Part shown: positions 57,558-64,000 of the stretch, piece by piece
Numbering within the stretch: position 1 is the stretch's first letter
Layout of the letters: every line of letters starts with the position of its first letter
Virus record (IMG/VR): IMGVR_UViG_3300007171_000061
Coordinates: 14,357-78,356 of that record
Source: a virus
Taxonomy: Duplodnaviria; Caudoviricetes
Length of the DNA: 64,000 nt
Strand: one strand, 5' to 3'
Program-made: the position numbers and the translations under genes
Notes under the pieces: model-generated
What the model was told of the DNA's origin: nothing
Databases searched by the model: none
What the model saw: only the letters and a program-made list of their open reading frames with translations

Positions 57558-59324
57558 ATGGATTTAATATCACAGATGCTCATGGCAGGTGCTAGTTTAA
57601 ACATTCCCGGATTATCTTGGAGTAATGTAACAAATACATCTGTAAGAAATATACTTGATATGATATGGGATGGTTCCAGATTCGTTGCAATAACTACTAA
57701 TGCCACCGTTATAACAAGTACAGACGGTATTACTTGGACAACTTTGATAACTAATCTTGGTAATGATAATTTGTTATTATCAAGTATAGCTTGGTCTGGT
57801 TCTCGATATGTTATTACAACTTCTTCTGTTTCTAGAATATTTACCAGTACTGATGGTATAAATTGGACAACAATAACCATTTCACCAAATAATACACTTG
57901 ATAGAGTGAGATGGTTAAATAACTTATTTATTGCTACGGGTTCTAATGGTATTATCTGGACAAGTTCTGATGGTGTTACTTGGAATAGTAGAAGTAGTGG
58001 TACTACTGAAAACTTAGATGGTGACATTTCATCGAACGGTAGTATTTTTGTAATTGTTGGTAGATTTACGATATTAACAAGTCCAGATGGAATTACTTGG
58101 ACCAGTCGAGCAACCGCGCTCATAAGCAGTCGTACATTACCAGATGTAATCTGGACAGGTAGCTTATTTATTACAATAGCTTCGAATGAAGTACTGACAA
58201 GTCCAGATGGAATTACTTGGACCGTCAGGACTCTACCTTCTGGTTTTTTTTCTGGTGACAGATTGGCAACATCTGGTTCACTGACGATTGCTACAAACAT
58301 ATCAGGAGATTTTATAACAAGTACAGACGGAATTACTTGGCAACACTCTTCACGCTTTTCAGGTAATACTAGAAAAAGAGCAGTGTTGTGGCTAAATGGA
58401 AGTTTTTATGCAGCAGGTACAGATGTTTCCATAAGCACAGATGGTGTTAATTGGAATATCATAACAGGTGAACATTTGACTTCTGTAATTTGGACAGGTA
58501 CACAATATCTTGTTACAGCTAGTAATGGTTTTGTTTTTGTCGGTAGTGACTTGCAAAACTTAACTAGAAGAAAAACAAGCACAGATAGACTACTCACTAG
58601 TGTTGCTTGGAATGGTAGTATATTCGTTGCAGTCGGTATATTTACAACAGGTCAAACAAATTGTACAATATTGACTAGTCCTGACGGTATTACTTGGACA
58701 AATAGAACTACACCTACACCTGTTGTTGATCTTAATAACATTATATGGGAGCAGAATCTGTTTGTTGCAGTTGGAAATCAAGGTACAGTTTTAACTAGTC
58801 CTGACGGTATTACTTGGACAAGAAGATCAATAGGATTTAGTAGCCCGAACATGGTTTCTGTAATTTGGACAGGTACACAATTTGTTGCATCATCCACTGA
58901 TCAATTTATAAGTGTAAGTACAAATGGTTTGACATGGACAACTACACAACCTTCTACTCTGATAGGTTTTGGTATGAGATCAATAATCTGGACAGGTGCT
59001 CAGTTCATAATTGTTGGTGACGATGCTAACCGTATTTTTTATAGTAGTGATCTTGTTACATGGACTTCTAATTCCATCCTTCAACAGTTACAATCTATTG
59101 CAAAATCTCCAGATTTGATAATTGCTGTAGGTGCAACAGAGAGTATTGGTCTTACTCCTTGGAGTTCACTTGCTGGTACTTCTTCAATTTTCACAACTCA
59201 AGATAATGGTACAACATGGGTTGCTCGTACAATACCGCCTGACCTTGCGCCTTTATCAAGTGTAATTTGGACAGGTACACAATTTGTTGCAGTAGGTTCT
59301 TATGGTAGAATCAGTATAAGTTAA
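57558..59324 (+). CDS. repeat beta-propeller receptor-binding protein (BNR/Asp-box like)
   Basis: About a dozen T(S)xDGITW repeats alternating with V.W.G..FV.VG. Confidence 0.75.
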   Translation: MDLISQMLMAGASLNIPGLSWSNVTNTSVRNILDMIWDGSRFVAITTNATVITSTDGITWTTLITNLGNDNLLLSSIAWSGSRYVITTSSVSRIFTSTDGINWTTITISPNNTLDRVRWLNNLFIATGSNGIIWTSSDGVTWNSRSSGTTENLDGDISSNGSIFVIVGRFTILTSPDGITWTSRATALISSRTLPDVIWTGSLFITIASNEVLTSPDGITWTVRTLPSGFFSGDRLATSGSLTIATNISGDFITSTDGITWQHSSRFSGNTRKRAVLWLNGSFYAAGTDVSISTDGVNWNIITGEHLTSVIWTGTQYLVTASNGFVFVGSDLQNLTRRKTSTDRLLTSVAWNGSIFVAVGIFTTGQTNCTILTSPDGITWTNRTTPTPVVDLNNIIWEQNLFVAVGNQGTVLTSPDGITWTRRSIGFSSPNMVSVIWTGTQFVASSTDQFISVSTNGLTWTTTQPSTLIGFGMRSIIWTGAQFIIVGDDANRIFYSSDLVTWTSNSILQQLQSIAKSPDLIIAVGATESIGLTPWSSLAGTSSIFTTQDNGTTWVARTIPPDLAPLSSVIWTGTQFVAVGSYGRISIS

Positions 59325-59335
59325 GGATAAAAAAA

Positions 59336-59779
59336 ATGTACGCATTAATAAATAAAAATAAATTTTTAAGATGGGTTGATTTAAAAAAAGAATACCCTAG
59401 CACTTGTTTTCCTCATCCAATAACACCTTCAGATTTACCAGAAGGTGTTGTAATTGTTGAAATGTCTCCACAACCGGAAAATTCGGATAAAACTAAGATT
59501 GTTGAGAAGAGTTTGACTCCGTTATTTGAAAACGGAACATGGAAGCTTTCATACAACATCAGAGATATGAACCAGGAGGAACTTGAGAGATTAAAACAAT
59601 CTGAAGCTTCTAATATCAGACTAATTCGTGATGAATTGTTAAAACAAAGTGATTGGACTCAGTTCGATGATTCACCTGTTGATAAAAATTTATATACAAC
59701 TTATCGACAAAATCTCAGAGACATTACAAAACAAGAAAGTTTTCCCCTTAGTGTAATGTGGCCTAATAAACCAGATTAA
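59336..59779 (+). CDS. tail fibre assembly chaperone
   Basis: R..RDELL..SDWTQ..D.P...YRQ.LRDI..Q..FP..V.WP. Confidence 0.85.
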   Translation: MYALINKNKFLRWVDLKKEYPSTCFPHPITPSDLPEGVVIVEMSPQPENSDKTKIVEKSLTPLFENGTWKLSYNIRDMNQEELERLKQSEASNIRLIRDELLKQSDWTQFDDSPVDKNLYTTYRQNLRDITKQESFPLSVMWPNKPD

Positions 59780-59786
59780 ATAATCC

Positions 59787-59853
59787 TTGATTATAATCAA
59801 TACTGATGGTATAATATATCATTATCGTAGGTCACCTTCGGGTGGCCTATTTT
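59787..59853 (+). promoter_or_regulatory. promoter immediately followed by a terminator hairpin upstream of lysis genes
   Basis: TTGATT-17-TATAAT (59787-59815); TAGGTCACC-TTCG-GGTGGCCTA plus TTTT (59828-59853). Confidence 0.65.
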
Positions 59854-59885
59854 CGTTATATCTTAAGTAGTTTGAAAGTAGTAGT

Positions 59886-60113
59886 ATGAGTGAACAAATT
59901 GAACATAGAGTAATTAAACTAGAACTAAGAGTAGAAGATCATGCTGAAGAACTAAAGAAACTACAGGATATTTCTACCGATCTACGCAATTCCTTAACTG
60001 GTATAGAAAAGACATTGAACCAAATTAAATATCTAGCAACAGGTGCGGTAGTTGTTATCCTAGCGCAATCAATGGGTATTACTAGCGTATTAAAAATGTT
60101 TATAGGTATGTAA
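59886..60113 (+). CDS. coiled-coil plus C-terminal TM protein (XhlA-like / lysis accessory)
   Basis: Heptad N-terminus, hydrophobic C-terminus; start of the lysis cassette. Confidence 0.6.
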   Translation: MSEQIEHRVIKLELRVEDHAEELKKLQDISTDLRNSLTGIEKTLNQIKYLATGAVVVILAQSMGITSVLKMFIGM

Positions 60114-60114
60114 T

Positions 60115-60321
60115 ATGAAACTATACGACAACTGGAAACAAATAGTAAAGAAAGCTTGGAGTATCAGATTCATTATACTAGCTGGTTTACTATCAGGTGC
60201 AGAAGTAATACTGCCATTGTTTTCCAATTACTTTGATAGAGGTGTATTTGCTACGTTCAGTTTTATTGCTGTATCTGCTGCTTTTGTAGCAAGAATAGTA
60301 GCTCAGAAAGACGTAACATGA
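60115..60321 (+). CDS. holin
   Basis: Two TM segments; KL..NWK....AWS.R pattern; precedes the endolysin. Confidence 0.7.
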   Translation: MKLYDNWKQIVKKAWSIRFIILAGLLSGAEVILPLFSNYFDRGVFATFSFIAVSAAFVARIVAQKDVT

Positions 60322-60797
60322 AAACTAAAACAAGAACTGTTGTTGCTGCACTGGTGTTATCTGCTGGTGGTTTAATTGGTATTGCATCACACGAAGGTTA
60401 CAGAGGTGAAGCTTACATACCAGTACCCGGAGATGTACCTACAATCGGTTTTGGCAGCACAACTAATAGTGATGGTAGTAGGGTAGCCATGACACAAAGA
60501 ACCAACCCTGTAGCGGCTTTAAAACGCCTTGGTGAGCATGTTGAAGTATTTGAAGAAGCTGTTAAACGCTGCGCTCCTGTACCAATGCACCAGTATGAGT
60601 TTGATGCTTACGTATCTCTTACTTATAATATCGGTGGTAGAGCTTTCTGCAATAGTACTTTAGCTAAGAAGTTAATAGCTTATGACTATGAAGGTGCTTG
60701 CAAAGAGATATTACGATGGGATAAGTTCAAAGGTAATGCTTTACCGGGATTAACTAAAAGAAGAGTTGATGAGTACAATATCTGTATAGGAAAGTAA
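60318..60797 (+). CDS. endolysin, GH24 lysozyme with SAR-type N-terminus
   Basis: HEG...GDVPTIGFGST triad; GL..RR..E; hydrophobic VVAALVLSAGGLIGI. Confidence 0.92.
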   Translation: MKTKTRTVVAALVLSAGGLIGIASHEGYRGEAYIPVPGDVPTIGFGSTTNSDGSRVAMTQRTNPVAALKRLGEHVEVFEEAVKRCAPVPMHQYEFDAYVSLTYNIGGRAFCNSTLAKKLIAYDYEGACKEILRWDKFKGNALPGLTKRRVDEYNICIGK

Positions 60798-60798
60798 T

Positions 60799-61278
60799 AT
60801 GCAAACAATATTAATAAAAATTGGTATTGTATTAGCTGTAGTTGCAAGTTTGTATTTTGTGCATGCATGGAAAGTTAATACTGCAGTAAATAAAGCTGTA
60901 GCTGAACAAATTGCAATACAAACTAAGAAAATACAAGAACTTGAGATTAAAAGCTTAAAAGCCGAATCCGAACTAAAAGATAAAGTGCAAACTATCAAAG
61001 GAGAAAAAGATGCTCAAATCAAAGCTATTGATCGTAAGTACAGTACTACTATTGCAAGCTTGCGCAGTCGCCCCGAAAGAAGTACCTCAAGCAATCCTAC
61101 CACAAGTACCTGTAATGCAGAAAGCCCCCAAGGAGCTACTGGAAAAGAACTATATCGAGATGATGCAGAATTTCTTGCAAGGTTTGCTAGAGATGCAGAA
61201 GAAATAAAGACTCATTTACTCGCTTGCTATCAGCAGTATGATACTGTTAAAGATCAGCTAGATAATTATCGAAAATAA
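60799..61278 (+). CDS. i-spanin (Rz-like)
   Basis: N-terminal TM plus coiled coil after the endolysin. Confidence 0.75.
   Translation: MQTILIKIGIVLAVVASLYFVHAWKVNTAVNKAVAEQIAIQTKKIQELEIKSLKAESELKDKVQTIKGEKDAQIKAIDRKYSTTIASLRSRPERSTSSNPTTSTCNAESPQGATGKELYRDDAEFLARFARDAEEIKTHLLACYQQYDTVKDQLDNYRK
61010..61207 (+). CDS. o-spanin (Rz1-like lipoprotein) embedded in the i-spanin
   Basis: Signal peptide with lipobox LQA-C, Pro-rich mature part, alternative frame inside Rz. Confidence 0.7.
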   Translation: MLKSKLLIVSTVLLLQACAVAPKEVPQAILPQVPVMQKAPKELLEKNYIEMMQNFLQGLLEMQKK

Positions 61279-61279
61279 G

Positions 61280-61324
61280 AAAACCCTCCAAAGGATTCCA
61301 TAAGGTTTCACTTGGAGGGTTTTG
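61280..61324. terminator. bidirectional terminator between convergent operons
   Basis: AAAACCCTCCAA/TTGGAGGGTTTT. Confidence 0.7.
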
Positions 61325-61760
61325 TCATTTCAGAAATAAAAATATCAAGATTAAGATTGTGTTTCAATATATACTTGTGAGTGTTTTTAATAAGAACTTC
61401 CATTCGTAAATTATTTATAGTTTTTGCTTTTCTTTTTCCATGTAATACATTATCATCTTGTGAACACCATTCAAGATTATCAATAGAATAATTCAAACTA
61501 TTGTGATCTTTATGATTTACATTTGGTAAATTTTTAGGATTGTCAATAAAATGCAAAGCAATTAGTCTGTGGATATACTTCTTATGTGATCTTCCATTTT
61601 TATATAAATCAACACCAACATAGTTACCGTATTTCCAATGTTTTAAAAATTTATCTTTTCTATTTGCAGAATTACCAATAGATAAAACCCTACCTGTAGA
61701 TGAAATCTTATAGATGCCTTCAAAACCTATAATGTCTTTCCAAATTTCAACATCTTCCAT
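61308..61760 (-). CDS. NUMOD4-HNH homing endonuclease
   Basis: EIWKDI.GFEG.Y.IS..GRV; IHRL.A.HF...VNHKD....N....NLEW. Confidence 0.9.
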   Translation of the reverse strand: MEDVEIWKDIIGFEGIYKISSTGRVLSIGNSANRKDKFLKHWKYGNYVGVDLYKNGRSHKKYIHRLIALHFIDNPKNLPNVNHKDHNSLNYSIDNLEWCSQDDNVLHGKRKAKTINNLRMEVLIKNTHKYILKHNLNLDIFISEMTKPSK

Positions 61761-61815
61761 TCTTACTCCTTATTAGAGGTACTCGGTATTGAGTACCTCT
61801 TTTTACGTCTGTAAT

Positions 61816-62058
61816 TTAAGCTACAAACTCTTTCAATTGTTCAGCACTCATATAACCAGACCTGCGTTTCATCACTTGATTGTCACTCATGAGAAGTACA
61901 GTTGGTACACCACGAATATCATACTCAGTTGTAGCTGTAGGGTCAGCATCAATATCTACTGTTTCCACTGGAATACCTAAATCGGTATTCTGGATTGTTT
62001 TCTTGAGTTGTTGACAAGGATTGCACCAGTGGGCGCTAAAGATTACTAGTTTTTTCAT
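61816..62058 (-). CDS. thioredoxin
   Basis: WCNPC active site, cis-Pro VPT. Confidence 0.9.
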   Translation of the reverse strand: MKKLVIFSAHWCNPCQQLKKTIQNTDLGIPVETVDIDADPTATTEYDIRGVPTVLLMSDNQVMKRRSGYMSAEQLKEFVA

Positions 62059-62497
62059 TTGTTTCCTTTAAATAATTAATTGCATTTATTAAAATATCTA
62101 TATTATCTTTTGCCATACCAAGCATTGAATTACATGACCTGCATAACAGACCCCGTATTGCATTTGTTGTATGGCAATGATCTACATATAAATATCCATG
62201 TGTATTTTCATCTTGATGTATGTGACAAATCTTACAACAATGATTTTGCTGCTCCAACATTTCTAAATATTGATCTTTAGTTAGATTATATTTATTACCA
62301 ATCATCCACCAACGATTCGAATCGGCCTTTTTGTCTCTATTTACAGCAAACCATTTATCATTGTATAGTTTTTGACAGGATTTACAACCAGCTTTCTTAC
62401 CATCTTTTGAATGTTTGTAATTTGAAAATTCACTTAGTGGTTTTATCTCATTACATCTGGTGCATTGTTTACTTAGCCCAAACATCCTGCCAATCAC
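62036..62497 (-). CDS. Endonuclease VII-family homing endonuclease
   Basis: C.IC...VDHCHTT..IRGLLC..CN..LG. Confidence 0.88.
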   Translation of the reverse strand: MIGRMFGLSKQCTRCNEIKPLSEFSNYKHSKDGKKAGCKSCQKLYNDKWFAVNRDKKADSNRWWMIGNKYNLTKDQYLEMLEQQNHCCKICHIHQDENTHGYLYVDHCHTTNAIRGLLCRSCNSMLGMAKDNIDILINAINYLKETNEKTSNL

Positions 62498-63440
62498 CTG
62501 TTAAAGCACCCTTAGCATAATCAGTTACTCGCTGCTCAAAGAAGTTACTATGAGTAGTACCAAGCATACCATCAACCCAAGGTAACGGATTCTTTTTAAT
62601 CTTGAAGATACCTTTCAAACCTAGCGCAATCAATCTACGATCTGCAATATAACGAATGTATAATTTAACTTCTTCTTTAGTCAGTCCTTGCATTTCATTT
62701 ACACCAAAAGCTAAATCAATGAACTTATCCTCTAGGTCAACCATTGTTTGTGCAATAGTATACAACTGTGATTTTAGTTCATCAGTCCAGATGTGTTTGT
62801 TCTCTTTTACAAACTCTCTGAATAGTTTAATCATACTTTCTGTATGTAGTGATTCATCAACTTGACTCCAAGCAATAATCTGACCCATACCCTTCATTTT
62901 ACCAAAACGAGTAAAGTTTAATAGCATCACGAACGAACTAAACAATTGCATACCTTCTGTGAAAGCACTGAATACAGCCACTTGTTGTGCTACTGAATTT
63001 TCATCCATTGCAATAAATGATTCAATATACTCATGTTTAGCTTTCATTTCTTCATACTGTAAGAATTCATTGTATGTAGTTTCAGGCATACCCAATGTTT
63101 CAATCAGGTGAGAGTATGCAGCTACGTGAATAGCCTCTCGTGCAGCAAAGCTTGATAGCATCATTCGTACTTCAGGTGCAGGAAAGTTCGGTAAGTAATT
63201 GGTTACATATGCACCCGCTACATCAATATCACCTTGTGTAAAGAACCGAAAGATGTGTGTTAAGAATTGCTTTTCGCTTTCCGTAAGCTTATTCTTCCAA
63301 TCGTTAACATCCTCAATCATTGGTACTTCAGTGTGTAACCAATGCATCTTTTCAGACATTAAGAATGCATCATATGCCCAAGGGTAGCTAAACGGTTTGA
63401 AGTAATTTCGCTGATCTGTAAGTTTTAATTTAGTTTTCAT
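62469..63440 (-). CDS. nrdB: ribonucleotide reductase class Ia beta subunit
   Basis: FFTQGD, EAIH, EGMQLFSSF, DESLH, NFFE. Confidence 0.95.
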   Translation of the reverse strand: MKTKLKLTDQRNYFKPFSYPWAYDAFLMSEKMHWLHTEVPMIEDVNDWKNKLTESEKQFLTHIFRFFTQGDIDVAGAYVTNYLPNFPAPEVRMMLSSFAAREAIHVAAYSHLIETLGMPETTYNEFLQYEEMKAKHEYIESFIAMDENSVAQQVAVFSAFTEGMQLFSSFVMLLNFTRFGKMKGMGQIIAWSQVDESLHTESMIKLFREFVKENKHIWTDELKSQLYTIAQTMVDLEDKFIDLAFGVNEMQGLTKEEVKLYIRYIADRRLIALGLKGIFKIKKNPLPWVDGMLGTTHSNFFEQRVTDYAKGALTGDWQDVWAK

Positions 63441-63489
63441 TTATATCCTTTAAATAGAAAGAGACTGCCGAAGCAGCCTCTATTATACA

Positions 63490-64000
63490 TCAACCTTCAC
63501 AAGCTAAACAAGTTTCATTGTTAACCAATGCTGACATATCGATTTCATCCTCAATTCGTTTGCGTTCAACCTTTTGACCAACTTTATCTGCTTTACGTAG
63601 TTTAGAACTACGAACGTAATATAAAGATTTCAATCCTTGTTTCCAAGCTTGAAAGTGAACAGCATGTAAATACTTTACACTAACATCTGGTCTAAAGAAT
63701 AAATTTGTACTAATCGCTTGATCTACAAACTGTTGCCTATCAGAAGTCTGTTCAATAATCCAACGCTGATCAATTTCAGCAGCAGTTTTGAATACATCTT
63801 TGGTGTACTGATCCATCCATTCAAGATTTTGCACAGAACCATCATCTGCAATAATACTTGCCCATGTATCATCATACCAAGATTCTTCGTGTTTCAACGC
63901 TTCTTCTTTAATAATCTTATCTAAGAATCTGTTCTTATTTAAAAATGCACCAGAAGTGGTATCTTGACGATATGCATTCGCTGAATAAGGTTCAATACTT
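63490..64000 (-). CDS. nrdA: ribonucleotide reductase class Ia alpha subunit, C-terminal part; enters from the right edge
   Basis: SIEP, DQA.S.NLF, GLKSLYY, terminal CLAC. Confidence 0.93.
   Translation of the reverse strand, partial: SIEPYSANAYRQDTTSGAFLNKNRFLDKIIKEEALKHEESWYDDTWASIIADDGSVQNLEWMDQYTKDVFKTAAEIDQRWIIEQTSDRQQFVDQAISTNLFFRPDVSVKYLHAVHFQAWKQGLKSLYYVRSSKLRKADKVGQKVERKRIEDEIDMSALVNNETCLACEG

Noticed and set aside
33844-59324. Diversity-generating retroelement acting on fibre genes
   Set aside because: No reverse transcriptase in the window, and the repeats do not differ specifically at adenines as a template/variable repeat pair would.
1-64000. Stop-codon reassignment
   Set aside because: Standard code gives dense, full-length genes; TAG and TGA end real ORFs; no suppressor tRNA seen.
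1-64000. Prophage or temperate module
   Set aside because: No integrase, repressor or att-like host junction visible in this window; the rest of the genome is unseen.

Overview
64 kb slice of a dsDNA tailed phage genome (Caudoviricetes), AT-rich. Tube-only tail, lambda-like tape measure and tip point to a siphovirus; a spanin pair implies a Gram-negative host. No integrase or repressor is visible. Layout: 1-5352 (-) replication/repair genes (T7 gp4-like primase running off the left edge, RNA ligase, DNA ligase). 5633-18723 (+) early/middle genes (two Zn-deaminases, P-loop kinase, second RNA ligase, phosphoesterase, ThyX, HU-like protein, SleB-like hydrolase, many small promoter-led ORFs). 18.7-19.45 kb non-coding repeat/DnaA-box element. 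19.45-22.0 kb compositionally distinct, GATC-free small-gene block ending in a GP88-like Cys-rich protein. 22.5-25.4 kb (-) ClpP-like, PhoH, nuclease. 26-28.3 kb tRNA cluster (Thr, Asn, Ser, CAT, Tyr) with two candidate structured RNAs. 28.9-59.8 kb packaging, head and tail genes, with a fibre cassette inserted in the head module. 59.9-61.3 kb lysis. 61.3-64 kb (-) thioredoxin and class Ia RNR. About eight free-standing homing-endonuclease-like genes are scattered throughout. The most striking signal is the 18.7-22.1 kb segment, which resembles a T5-style first-injected region with a stop/origin element. All assignments come from motif recognition by eye; no database searches were run.
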